64,000 nt of DNA from Neoechinorhynchus agilis (taxonomy: Eukaryota; Animalia; Acanthocephala), in assembly GCA_051530055.1 (NCBI GenBank), contig CM121341.1, positions 5,496,784-5,560,783 on the forward strand. Reading direction: 5' to 3'. Shown here in pieces: positions 24,259-42,760 of the stretch. Both the position numbers and the translations under genes were made by a program. The notes beneath the pieces were generated by a model that was not told the DNA's origin, did no database searches, and saw only the letters and a list, made by a program, of their open reading frames with translations. Position 1 is the first letter of the stretch. Every line of letters starts with the position of its first letter.

Positions 24259-25803
24259 AACGTTCAAAATATCTATAATGATCTAGACTCTTGAGCAAAA
24301 TGTGCTTGATGTGTACGTGTCGATTGCCTAAGCAGCGCGGATCTGTGTCAGACGAAACTAATTTGACTTGACTAACTTAGTTATACCGACGAAAAGCGGT
24401 AGTCTTGGGTAGGCTGCAGTGGATAGGACTCCCGGGTAATATTTTCTGGAGGGAACAGTTGTTGTACTTAGCAGCACCTAACTAGCTTTTGCCTCTAGTG
24501 TATGGGAAGAGCGTCGAAAGCCTTAAGGCTGTCGTGTACGCGTACAGTGGTGAATTTCCTCCCTCTCAGCCAGCCAATCAAATTTCATCTAATCAGCATG
24601 GATTGTGTAATCGACTGTAGCGCATGATAAGGACGCTACCATCGCTGTGCAGTTAAGTTTTAAATTTTTTAAAAGGAACAGGGTTGTGACGAAGTTCTTA
24701 TGGATTTTTTTTGAAGCACTAAAATGAGTTTCCATGAGTTAAATTTTTGTTGTGCACATCTACCCTCATGGACAAACGTTTCCATCTCTTTATCGCTCTT
24801 GAGTAGAGATTAATTTCGCGAAAATAATTTAATAAAAATGCGTGCTTTATACAGGTCAAGAATTTAGTCAAGCAAAAACGAGAAATAACTTTATTAAGCG
24901 AACTTAGTACGAAGACTTCGTTAATTATCCAGACACGCATAATTGGCACAACTTTCTCTTTGTGAAAATACCCAGATTTATGGAATTATCAAGTAAGGAA
25001 AGTAGCGAATAATCGTGACGAGCTTGAATGATGCCAAAATTGATCAAACCATACCGCTTGCACTTGAAATTATTTCCTTTTATCAAAACAGGCACCTTAC
25101 AGTTCAAAGATCAAACGAGAAATCCGCTTTTTCTCAAGGACTTTGAGTTGACAACGTTCACACCGTTGTAACGTGATTTATTATTGCTACATAAGCTCAT
25201 CAAACGTCTAACGTTAAATGTGTGATTAACGAACGTGATTCGCTAGTTTCAGCAAATTAGCATTGACTAAAGAAAAAACAAGGAATCAAATTTTCGATCG
25301 TGTTATTTAGAAGTCTTCATCCGGTTTATCAACATTTTTTTCAAAAATTAAAAGACGCTATAGTTTTTTTAGAATCACAAATACATTAAAAACCATAAAT
25401 ATTGTGCACAAAGCTCACACGATCTCTTGATAAATGCAGCAGCTCAGTAAGTCGAGCTAAAAGTTTTGGTCATAATTATGGGTCCTGGGTAAAAAATTTC
25501 GACCTGACGATTCTTTAGTTAAAATTACATGCTGATCATAAAATTCTTGTCGTGTTTTTTGGTTACCTACTTTTTCTTGCATCGTAATAAATACAACAAT
25601 TTTTCCCTTTTGAGCAAAAGCCTTTACTTACCTAAGGGAAAACACTACAAGTCGTAGCTTTTGGGGAACAATGACGCTCTATAGATACATTCAATTTTAT
25701 GAAGAAAAAATATAGTTGAAAAAAAATTATGGTAGAATTTGTCTAACAGAGCATTACTGCAAATCAATTTTTTTCAGCTATGATCGCAATTCTCCATATA
25801 AAA

Positions 25804-25976
25804 TGGAGTTATTGTTTAGAAGTCTACACCCGCAATAAATAATTATTTCAATTAAAGAAGTTCTGCGAACCTCGTCGGGTTCATCATCAGTTCTATGATG
25901 AACCCAAGAAGGGTTAGCAGAAAGTCTTTAATAAATGATTATTTAGGGGGGTGTAGACGTCTAAACAATAACTCCA
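25804..25976. mobile_element. Foldback/MITE-like element, about 85-bp arms; dispersed family
   Basis: TGGAGTTATTGTTTAGA..AACCTCGTCGGGTTCATCAT pairs with ATGATGAACCC..TCTAAACAATAACTCCA; related pieces near 13800, 27495, 30755 and 51012-51086. Confidence 0.75.
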
Positions 25977-26510
25977 ATCACATTCCCCGGTACCTCCTAT
26001 CACATATCGACATTTCCATATAAAATCGTTCTGCGTATAAAAATGTTTGAATTTTTTCGTTTGGTCAACTCGTTTGCAACCCTGTATTTGTTTCAAATAA
26101 AGATAGATTTATTTGACAATCAAATTTTTTAATAAATCAAAATAAAAGTGAGATCGATTAATTATTTAGCAGTCGAATAATTGTTGCATTTGCAACGAAG
26201 ATATGTGATTTCCTTAAATAGTCTCATTTACTTTCGATAATTTTTCTCCGTAGCAAACAATTTTTTTCTAATCACCTTTTTGTATGAGAATTTGAATATC
26301 ATTACAGGTTGCAGATTGTTTTCGATAAATCACTGCTCATTACATGCAAATTGCGTATTTGATCAAGTGGATGGCGTCTTTAGTCTACTTGAAAAGCTCA
26401 TTATTTGAGTCGTCATACCGAAAAGGAGTCTCCCGCATGGGAATAGCAATTATAAGACATCGTTGAAGCAGCAAAACGAGACAATACTACACATGCAAAC
26501 AATGACGGAT

Positions 26511-26990
26511 TTATTCCTCGATTTTGAGATACTCGTCAAATTGCTTTGTCGTCGATCTAAATCTCTTAATCTTCCGCTTGAACTGAGTAGCAGTGAATTG
26601 AAACACATTTCTGTGATCTTGAACCATTCGTTCGAAATCATCGCCGTATTTACCGATAAAATAACGCAATTCCTCGCACAAATAAGTTGAAATGGTGAAG
26701 TCCTTCGGTTTAACATTTTCCGCAGCTTCTTCGAGCTTTTTTATCAATGTTAAATCCACCTTCTTCGTTTTTGGCGCTCGCTTTTCCAATGCTGAAAAAA
26801 ACTCATTTGCTTTATCCACGAGACCAAAATAGCGTAATTTCGTCGAAGATATCGATAAATTGCCTGCAGAAACGTGCGACGAGAGAAGTTCATTCGCAAA
26901 CTTAGGATGTAACTGCTTCTTCATCCGTCGCCATTTGCGCTTTTTAGCCTTTGAATAGTTCTGAGATTTCACTGGTCTTTTTGATACCAT
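26511..26990 (-). CDS. NOP16: Nucleolar protein 16 (intronless)
   Basis: Basic N-terminus, LRYFGL, and FIGKYGDDFERMVQDHRNVFQFTATQFKRKI matching the NOP16 C-terminal motif. Confidence 0.8.
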   Translation of the reverse strand: MVSKRPVKSQNYSKAKKRKWRRMKKQLHPKFANELLSSHVSAGNLSISSTKLRYFGLVDKANEFFSALEKRAPKTKKVDLTLIKKLEEAAENVKPKDFTISTYLCEELRYFIGKYGDDFERMVQDHRNVFQFTATQFKRKIKRFRSTTKQFDEYLKIEE

Positions 26991-27254
26991 CTAAAATTCA
27001 AACGAATCTTTTACAGCCACGATTAAGTCCCTAAACTCCACAAAACACAAAATCGATGACAATTTTGTCCATGATTGGTTTTCTATCTCTCAAAGACAAG
27101 GAGTTTACGAAAGAAATACGTCTTCGTTATTTTTATGATCAATCAAATATTTTTAATCTTTATTTTACGCGCGCACACGACCATCAACCCTTCACTAGTG
27201 ACTCTCGCAACAATGATTGGATGTCGGGTTACTCCTCTTTCGATGGGCATCAAT

Positions 27255-27460
27255 ATATATTCATCCCGATTGCGGTGGATACACTGAGATGCCTCGGAAA
27301 AGAAGCCGATTATTTCCTATTCCCGACTGGGAAAGATGCCACCGGCGGTATACACTCCAGCAGCTTCCTGATGCAGCAAATCAGCGCGGCGATCCAACGC
27401 GGCCATCAAGGAAGCTGCCGAACAATCATAACGTATGGGTAATGCGGATTTGGAAAGAAT
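27255..27460 (+). mobile_element. 5'-truncated 3' end of a CRE-type (RLE) non-LTR retrotransposon
   Basis: FIPIAVDTL..G..A....ATG....SFLMQQISAAIQRG matches the RLE C-terminus also seen at 43854-44050. Confidence 0.7.
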
Positions 27461-29968
27461 AATTGGATTATAGAAAAGAATCGAAATTATTCTGAACCCG
27501 AAGAGGTTTGAAACGTCTTGAATAAAAATATTATTTATCGGGTTTCTCTATTCCTTCAAAATACACTTTTTTAGACTGATTGTTATTTGCTCTCATAAGC
27601 AGAAATCATATTAATCATTTTTACGTCGAATATTTATCGATAGTTATTGATAATCTTAATTTTTTTTTAAATTTGAAACCATACACAAATCCTTTTGGTC
27701 CTCATTGAAGTTATGTAGTTGCTCGTCAATAATAACGCCATTGGTGGGATTCTCCCATTCCAAGATTAATGATTAATAAGTGTTTTCCTGTGGTGTAAAC
27801 ATTGATTTCCAGGATTAATAATTAAACATTTGGTAGGCGTACGATACCTTTGGCGAATATCTAATTATTTGAGTTCGCGAAACGATCAGGTCGCGCATTT
27901 CACTAACGAGTACTGTAATCGAATCATTTTATCACTTGATTTACCTAAACGGGCCAGGAATTTGACACTTTTAGCTCGCTTAATTGGAGCATTATCGTTT
28001 GAAATAAGAAGCTATCAATTCAAATTTTAATACCCGACCTCTATGAAAGATGTGTTGCCGATTAAAAATTATTTTTTGTCTTTTTTGTTTAGATTCAACT
28101 AACCCCGATTTTGATTGATGTAAATTGGAATTGAGCATGTACTCACAAAATATAAAAGGTGGATCCATGGGTTTTTTGTCAATAAACGGAACTTCAATCA
28201 ATATATATAACTTACAAAATAGATCTACACATTAATCAGTAAATGAAATAGTTTTTTCCGCAAATATGCTTATATTACGAGCTTGCATACTTATATCTAG
28301 AAATGCTGGCCTTGGATTTAGATTGGTGGATTATTATATTGAAGGATAAGTTGATGCAATGGTTGTATTTTCTCTTAATTACTGATGATTTGGAATATTG
28401 ACAGTCTGGTGAAACCTTTCGAGTGTGGTCATGACCTATTTGATTTTTATTTATTTGAGATATTTCGCGAAATATTTCCAATAAATCAAAATCAAATAGG
28501 TTATGACCGGCTGTATCGTCACCAAAAGTTTACATTGATTAACCCGAAGGATTCTCTATCGATTATTTTCTTGAAATGATTGTTTTTAAATTTAAAATTC
28601 CCAATCGTTTTTAGGATAGCAACTCTTCAGATTTTACTCTTTGTTTTACGAAAATACCTTATTTAAATTCGTTTTTAAAAAAATTCGACTATCGTAGCTG
28701 CTTTTTGAGAAAGATTGCAGATGACAATAATTTTAAGGAACGTATTCCCCAAAATTGGGTTTGGTTGCATGATGGTACACGAAACTGATAAAATCATGAT
28801 GAAAAGGAATTGAAATCATCATTTTTGTGGACAAACAAGATAGAGATTTAGCCAAAGACAGGCTGCATGCAAAAGAACGCTAAAAATATTCTTTTCTGTT
28901 TTTTAAGGCTACAAAATTTCGTTTCAGCTCGTCTCCTTATTCTTTTGGTCTTCTATATTTGGTCCGGATTCGGCACCGGGTTTTGGCCAAAGGTTGATTT
29001 TGTTGTGCTGCACACAATTTGTTGCATTGAGTTGTTGCTTGGCGGATGTTAAGTCCTTCGCTTCTTTTTTGACCAACACATTCAATTTCACATTTTAGAC
29101 CTGTTGATACAGTGTAAGGATATTCTTTTCTGGATGTTACAATGCACGAATTGAAAATCAGACCTAAGTTTTAATTTTATTCTGTTTCGATGTAACATTT
29201 ATAACCGACCGAAAAGCACGATAATATAAGTGGTGTTCATTGCTCTTTTCCAACAAAAAAAATACGAAAATATATTGTCAAAAATAGGAAACAAAAGTTG
29301 TTTACAACACGAATATTTTCGTAATGTTGCTTGCATCGATAAATTTTACATTTGCGTTTTCCGAATGAAATTTTTTAGTTTTGATCGCTCACGCAGACTT
29401 CAATACACACAGTCTTAAACATTGAAAGTATATTTTTCATGCGTAGATTCATGAAATGAATGCATAATTGAATCTTAGCCCCGACAAAGTCATCGTCTCT
29501 GCATATAAAAATATTTCCCACTTTTACCGTGGAACTAATATCTCAATGCACCTCGAGTATTCGAAATTTCCTCTTTATTTCACGAATGGGATTTAAAATT
29601 AAGATGAATAAGTTTGGCTTCTTTTCCGATTGGACGCCAAATTTTCCAAATCGGATAAGCCGAACAATACAAGTACACTTTGAAGCAGATATTCATTTGA
29701 AGTTCCCGTTGGCATTAAAACCTAAAATGGATCCGATTAATTATGGTTGCAAAAGATTCAACAAGAACTGCTCATTTGATGCATTTTGATTGTTCATTAT
29801 TTTTCTCTTTCAAGCAGAATATTTCCATGTTAAATACTAAAAAATTTGCCCAATGGTGGTTCGAAACATTTTTTAAACGCGAAAGCGATAATTGTTCTTA
29901 AAACGAACTTTAGAACTGATTTATTCGAATAGGGCAAATTTACTTGTCGGTCACTGCTTGGTTTTTCT

Positions 29969-30460
29969 CTACAAAAGAGCACAGCGCCCATTAACAATTT
30001 TTATAACTTCATCGGAATTAACATTAAGATGTATCATCATTGTTGAAGCGAGGAAAAAAGACAAGATTCCGTTGATATGGAATAGGACAACATTTCGAAC
30101 GATGTGTTCTACAGTTCGTTTTCTCACGCCCAACAATTGCACTCCATAATATACCGCAATGGCATTCAAAGGAAACAAGCCAAATAAAATAAGAAGAAGT
30201 GAAAGTACCAAAATTTCTTTTCGACGAAGTACAATCCTGCACACCAGCAACTCCAGAACGAGGTCCGTAAATTCGGGATTTTTGTTGCATTTTGGGCAAC
30301 CGATAGAAAAAAGTGTCCGATTCATAAGTCCAGCATTCGGAATCGAAATTTTCTTTTCGTTATCGCAAGTGCATATTTGGTAAGGACTAGTCATCGCGGG
30401 AGCGAAATTGTCGATTAGGCAACGCTTCTTGTTGCCATGGCCACGATCTTTAGAGGCTCT
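29969..30460 (-). CDS. Possible Cys-rich membrane protein (CxC/CxxC plus hydrophobic helices)
   Basis: ORF extends upstream of the track start; ICTC..GCPKC followed by hydrophobic segments; family not identified. Confidence 0.35.
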   Translation of the reverse strand, partial: RASKDRGHGNKKRCLIDNFAPAMTSPYQICTCDNEKKISIPNAGLMNRTLFSIGCPKCNKNPEFTDLVLELLVCRIVLRRKEILVLSLLLILFGLFPLNAIAVYYGVQLLGVRKRTVEHIVRNVVLFHINGILSFFLASTMMIHLNVNSDEVIKIVNGRCALL

Positions 30461-30943
30461 CGTGTTGGGTTTGTGTACGTCTGAGAACGTATCTTAAGTC
30501 AAGTGGTCAAAAATCAAGGCGATTTTATCCCAGGAAAGTTGGCAGATGAATATTTGCTAAAATTGTTTGAGCAATAAAAATTAAGAAATATAATAACGAT
30601 CACGCAAAATTCATTCAAAAGATTTATCCCTAAAAATTTAGGCATTAAGAATGACTAGGAAACCGACCATTTTACTGGGATTATTTTTTGTTAAAATAAC
30701 CGCAATTGAAATGTCGATCTGTGAGGTACGGTGATAAATGATTAGAATTAACCTATGATGAACCCGACGAGGTTTGAAACGTTTTTAATAAAAAAATTAT
30801 TTCTGTCGCAATTGAATTTAATCAGTCGAGCTTAGACGCCAAATCACTAAAGTTTTGTTCAGACTTTCTATCTAAAATCGGGCACAATGATTTCATTAAA
30901 GAACAATGATGAAATAAACTGAAGCATTCAATTACAATCGCGG

Positions 30944-31355
30944 ATGAGCAATTCGGCGAGAAGGGAGGCTAAATATGTTTCCAGGTTACCGGGTGTGAAA
31001 TTCGGGCAGAGATACGTCTTAGTCGATGAAATCACAGAAACGGAAAAGTTTGTTCACATGCTTAATTCCAAGCACGTCAACATTCAATGGCCACCATGGA
31101 CTCGGAGAATCATAATGCGATCCCTTTATTGGACGTGTTTTGAGGCCACGGTATACCGAGAGAGATTGGTATACCGACTGACATTGCACCTTTCATTACA
31201 ATGGCACCAATTAAATATAAAATAGCTAGGATAAAGTCGCTATTTGACCGGACCTATAACTATTGCTCCAAGCAAGACTCCGTCAGCGAGGAGCTTGAAT
31301 TTCTGTGGAACATGCTAAAAGGAAAGGGCTAACAAACCGACTTGATAAGAAGAGT
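30944..31355 (+). mobile_element. Penelope-like element RT relic (frameshifted)
   Basis: RYVLVDE..FVHMLNSKHVNI, FEATVYR and APIKYKIARIKSLFDRTYNYCS..EELEFL..ML.GKG match the PLE RT/thumb region. Confidence 0.65.
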
Positions 31356-31359
31356 TAGT

Positions 31360-34300
31360 TGCAGGGCCTTCTTTGCAAAGAAAACTATGTGTATTGTATT
31401 GTATGCAACGGTACTTTCCTACGTTGCACCGTAGGTATAAGCCCGTCAAATAGAATTAGACTCCGCAAGGAATCTAAAATACCGACAGCAGTCCTGTTAT
31501 GCGGACAATTCGCATCTCTTAAAATCAGGTCATCGTATGTACGACAGTTCCCTTTGCCTTTACGATACAATTTCGCTGGCTTCCAGAAAAGGAAGTGTTG
31601 CACGACCTGGGGGCAAGATGCCTCGGATCGAATTATATTGCCCGTGAACTGCAGTCGTCTGTGGCGCAAATATTCACTGGGCGGTTGGACTCCGGCTCTC
31701 TTATACAGTGCTTTGTTGGTCATTTTATCTGACCATCTGACCTTGAACGCCGCACGTAAGCGAGATGAATGATTTTGATCCAACTGCCTCGTCGCCGTTG
31801 GTGACAGTGTCCAGGTTTCTGCATTGTAGTAGGGAATGCTCTCAATTAGAGCCCTGAACAGCTGCGAACGCAGTTCATCTGGCAAAGACTCACTGTCACA
31901 CAGTGGCTTAAGTTGTCCCATTGCTCTCCAAGCTATAGCTCTCCGTCGGCTGACATCCGCACTCACCTCAGGAACGATAGCTCCCAGATAGACATACCGC
32001 TCTATCTGTTTTAATTGCTCAACGCCATTCGGCCCTTCGCCAGAGATTGTATGCGCGACATGCGGAATCGTCAAGAATTCCGTCTTTTTTTCGAGTTGAT
32101 AGTCATACCAATCATACTCGCCCTCTCGCACAGTCTATTTAGGATGCGTTGAGCTCCTTCGACTGTTGAGGACATCAATACGATGTCGTCGGCATATGCC
32201 ATGTAGGAGGCGCGTATCTCAGGATACCTGCGACCTCTTTTCCTCAACAGAAGAAATCCATCTTCATCATTCGGTAGTGCCCATCTCATTACCCAATCAA
32301 GCACCAAGATGAAGAGGAAAGGAGCCAATGTGTCGCCCTGCAGAACACCTGAAGTGGTGGAAACGTACTCGGTCAAACCGTCAGCTGTCTTGACGGCGGA
32401 CCTTGTGTTTTTATATAATGCCATAACGGATGTGACAATGATCGGCGGCACTCCATATTCCTTTAAGATACCGCCAATCATCGTTCGATTTACCGAATGG
32501 AAAGCTCGACGGAAATCAACAAATACCAGCGTCACGTCCGTTTGATGAATTCGTGCTTCCTCGAGGATCCTCCTCAAAGCCAATATGTGCTTTGTGGTGC
32601 CTCGACCTTTCCTGAAGCCGTTCTGTTCAATTCTTAGAAACCGTTCGAGGATTGGCTGAATTCGGCGTCTCAAAATGCTGCTGAAAAGTTTTGCCGTGTT
32701 GGACATCAAGGATATACCTCTGTAGTTCTCCACCTTTGTCAAGCAGCATTTCTTGGGATCAATGTTAAATGCGCCGTTTGCCAGATTTGAGGTACTGAGC
32801 CACCATTCATTATGCCATTCATTATCGGTATGATTTTTCTGGCAATAGATTCAAACCTCAGTACCTCTGCCATTATCCCATCTGGGCCTGATGCACGTCC
32901 CGCAAGCATCATTTTCGCCGCAGCGATCGCTTCCTTCATGGAAATCGGTCCAGTGAAGTATGCCTCAGTGCTTGGGACGATTGTGCCTTTTGGAAGTGCA
33001 GGACTCACTTCCAAAGACAATAATGGCGAATTGAGAATTTCCGCAAAATAATTTGCGATTCTCTTTTTTCTGATTTCCGGGGAGGCTGTCTTTGGGATCT
33101 TCCGGTGAGAGTGTTTATCGCTCTCCATGCTAAGGAGGTACGAACAAAACCTTCCTTATATGCGATCCCGCGAACTGCATCCTCTATCGAAGCCTTTTGC
33201 TTTTTGCCATAAATTCACAGTCCTCCTGCCATATAACCTTTGCAGCTTTTATACGCCTCATTTTTGGAAGGGTTTTCTCGGCCGCTTCGGTCACTGCGTC
33301 GCAGATTGACTTGTAATAAAAATTAATATCCGTTTCAGCAGCTGGCATCGAGCTCAGTTGATTCTCTAGTTCGATATCGAACTCTTTCCTTTTCTCCTCA
33401 TTAGCGAGGGCGCCATAGAACGGACGTGGAAGATGTTGCTCAACTGACACATCACCAACTTGTGGTCGATTGGTATCCATATCATCAACTGTGAATGTGT
33501 CAGCGTTTTTGACTCGACATTTTTCCCTACGTCTCAACAATATATGGTCAAGCTAAGCAAAGTGTCTCTTGGGATTTTTTCCCATGGCATGTTTGGACGG
33601 ATTCTTTTGACCCATAAACGACGCCAAACGCCACAGACGCTTCCGGAATAAAGTGTTAGCAGACACGATATCATGCCGCTCCAGCGCCTCAATCAAGTAC
33701 CGGCTGTTTCGATTCGCGCCTTTCAACACATAGCGATCTTTTAGAATGCGGTAAAATCGCGCTGAAGTCACCGGCTATTAGGAGGGTGTCTCTGTTCGGT
33801 ACATCATCTAATGCTTTGGCTAGATTTCCATAAAATCCTTCAACAACCTCTTCATCCAACGAGGAGGTCGCTGAATATACGCCAAAAGGATAGAGATTTC
33901 TCGACCAAAGCTTTATGCTGACACGATGGATTCGGTCAGTTATAATACTGCATAGTGCTGAGTTTCGGAGGCGGGGTGATAAACAAACGCCTACACCTCC
34001 ATTTCCTCGACTGTCCTACCGATTTACGTCTGTGTCTGACTGGCCTCTTATGCGCAATTCTTGTAAAAACACAAGATCCATTAGGGCGACCCTTACCAAT
34101 TTGGCCAGGGTTCCCCTACGCCATTGCGCTCGCAGACTCCTACAATTCAAGGATCCGATTCGTAGTCCTCTTCTATCTGAAATAGCTGGGACAAAGGGCT
34201 CACGGCTGTCAGCGCCACCTGAACAGTCCGTACCCACCACGGTGAATAGCTTCGACTGACGCTTTCGTTGCCTCCGGCGACAGTTTCACTCATTTCGACG

Positions 34301-34420
34301 CTCAAGTCGTCGGCGGGAGCTACGACGCCCTCGCTTTTTCCCATTGCACTGGTGGATTTCGTTGCTCCCGTTCGCTGCCGTGACTGACAAGAATCAGTAA
34401 CATCATGTCCGATCATCGTG
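31360..34420 (-). mobile_element. RTE-like LINE (APE endonuclease plus RT), near full length, frameshifted
   Basis: IGSLNCRSL..VFLQE endonuclease start; YRGISLM, QNGFR, FVDFRRAF, GVLQGDTLAP and YADD RT motifs; YVYLG and YNAETWTL C-terminus. Confidence 0.92.
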
Positions 34421-34520
34421 AAAGAAAGTTAGGATCTGAAAGAAAGTTAGGAACTGAAAGAAAGTTAGGAACTGAAAGAAAGTTAGGGACTGAAAGAAAG
34501 TTGAGCACTGAAAGAAAGGG
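34420..34520. repeat. 18-bp minisatellite (GAAAGAAAGTTAGGAACT), about 5.5 copies
   Basis: Direct reading; lies at the 5' end of the LINE. Confidence 0.9.
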
Positions 34521-34710
34521 ACTGAAAGACAGAAGTCAAAAAGCCTTTATAGGTCGAGGAGTTCTTCACTACGATCAACAACCTGATCAAAAGAGATGCG
34601 GTCAAAGACATGGAGTGTTGTATCTACACCAAGAAAGTTAAACTAATTTAGTTTCATGGTGAAGAAACGTGAAGAACCAGGCAAAGGAGTAGTGTACAAA
34701 ATTCATTGCA

Positions 34711-35859
34711 CCATTTTTTATCATAGCACAATACTCAGTTAAATATAAATTACCATAATTGAGTAGGTGCAGATTTTTTGCTAACGGGTTTTAAAGTTCG
34801 GCACAACATTAAATTCATGCTCAAATTTTAGTTAAATGATGGCAAGTGTAACAAAACCGATTTTTACTCTTATGCAAATGTTGAGGCGCTTAACTCTCAA
34901 TAAGATAAAAATTGATATTTAGAATCCGAGACATATTTATTAATAAAATTAAATCACCTTATTTTGCTATCATCAACTTTTACTGGGATTTTTATTCAGA
35001 AACAAAGGCGTACAAGATTGTGTGCCTCCGAAACTAATGGGAGATTTTAAAATCTTCATTTCGATTCCTCTACGCCATTAAACAATCAATATGAAGAGTT
35101 TAATCTTCAAACATTCCTTCGAGCATTAATTTTCAGCTTTTAAGGTTAAAGAACATTACAAGAAATCCGAAACTTGACGTTAACCTCCTAAAAAAAGGAG
35201 TGGAACGTTTTGACTGTTTTCTACAAACGAGTGAAATTAATTATCAAGACAACAACTTTCATCGTTCAACTTGACAGAGCTGTCCTTCGTTATAAAATTT
35301 CGCGCATTCGACAAACGTCTTAGCTTCCTTGTTTAATTAGACACGTAAAGTTTACATCGAAAAACTTAAAATCAGCATCGAAAATCCTTAAAGAAACTTA
35401 GGTAGCATTAAGCGACTATTGGTAAAAAGGAACTTTTCACTACAAAAAGCGTCCATATGTGAAAAATTCCGAATTTCACAATATTGTCGAAAATTGGTAA
35501 ATAGCTCATGATCACATTCGTGAACTCTAATTGATTTTCCAGTCAAATTCAATTTTTTAAAGCCCCCATTTTTTATCATAGCACAATACTCAGTTAAATA
35601 TAAATTACCATAATTGAGTAGGTGCAGATTTTTTGCTAACGGGTTTTAAAGTTCGGCACAACATTAAATTCATGCTCAAATTTTAGTTAAATGATGGCAA
35701 GTGTAACAAAACCGATTTTTACTCTTATGCAAATGTTGAGGCGCTTAACTCTCAATAAGATAAAAATTGATATTTAGAATCCGAGACATATTTATTAATA
35801 AAATTAAATCACCTTATTTTGCTATCATCAACTTTTACTGGGATTTTTATTCAGAAACA
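34711..35859. repeat. Pair of apparently identical 294-bp direct repeats (34711-35004 and 35566-35859)
   Basis: CCATTTTTTATCATAGC...TTCAGAAACA occurs twice, separated by 561 bp. Confidence 0.9.
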
Positions 35860-36148
35860 TTTTATCATCAAGTCTCTAATGAATTTTCTTAATGTTTAGA
35901 TTTGACCAAACTTTTAAAAACATTTTGTTTTGAAAATATCTGTTTCAAATGTTGTTTTGAAACAAGTGAATTTCTATTGTTGCTCAAGCATTCGAGATGA
36001 AGGTATGAACCACATCAAACTAATGACGATGTATCAATCCTTAAGGCGAAACATAACGCCAGATACGCAAAGAAGATTCAAAGCAGTTTCTTAACTTTTG
36101 TTGCGTTTAGAAAAGTTTATAGAAATCCTTCTGGTTATCACGAATCCA

Positions 36149-41760
<5,612 letters not shown>

Positions 41761-42089
41761 ATAGAATTCCAAAAATAAGAGTTTAAACTCGATCTCGGGG
41801 AATTTTCGTTTTAAAAACGAAAATAGCCGAGATTTGTTCAGTTTTAAATTTCGTAACTTAAAATAAGTTTAGGAATAGTTGTGTATTTGTGAACCGCACC
41901 GGAGCTTCAGCTTTGCCCTGACGGCAAAGACACTAGCACTTCGTTTTCACCCATTAACAAAAAGCAATTTATTTGGACTAAGGCGTTTGTTTTTTAGAGG
42001 AAATTCTAGAATTGTGAAAAATATTCCAATGTTAATCGTTAAAGAAAAATCGGAGTGCTTCAAAGCACCGGTCGATATAAATTATTCGT

Positions 42090-42760
42090 TCAACCGCTCT
42101 ATTCGGGTAATGTGCTCTAAATTTGGTTTTGCCGCCTGGCAAATCAAATGGTTGAAATCCGTTCTTAACAATAGATTACAATTTATCGAAATAGGTAGCA
42201 TCGCCTCAAACACCTTAGCTACCAACAAGGGGGGCTGTTCTCTCCCCCATTCTTTTCAACATTTTCCTGAACGATCTTATTCCATCCTTTTCCTATTCCA
42301 AATACTTTTTGTATGCTGATATCAATCGTGTCTCTTCTGTTCATATATTTGATCTTCATTTTCAAGAAAATCTAAAATGGGATAAGCACATATTAATTTT
42401 GCTGCAAAAAGAGTCTATTAAACTCTATCTTCTTAAACGTCTTCGATTCCTTGGATTATCATTCACGCATATCCAACCTTCTGCAATTTTTCTTCTAAAC
42501 TATTCAAAAAACTTATTACATTTCACAAGAGGTGCGCTCTAATCTGCTCCTCCAAATTCATGCCTTTAGAAAAACACCTCTCTCTAATCTTTCAAAAGAA
42601 CTCAAAGCGCTTTCATTCTCTTCCTCCTCTTCAATTTCTATCGCACATTTCTACTTTTACTCACAATTACAACACTCGCGTCGCCCCAACATTTTCCATC
42701 CTTCAGTTCCTCGCACAAATGTCTACCTTCGCTCCTTTTTCCCCACGACTCAATCTTCCA
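42090..42760 (+). mobile_element. Degraded CR1/L2-type LINE RT 3' region
   Basis: WLKSVLNNRLQFIEIG, FQENLKWDKHI..LYLLKRLRFLG and VPRTN.YLRSFFP motifs across broken frames. Confidence 0.7.
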
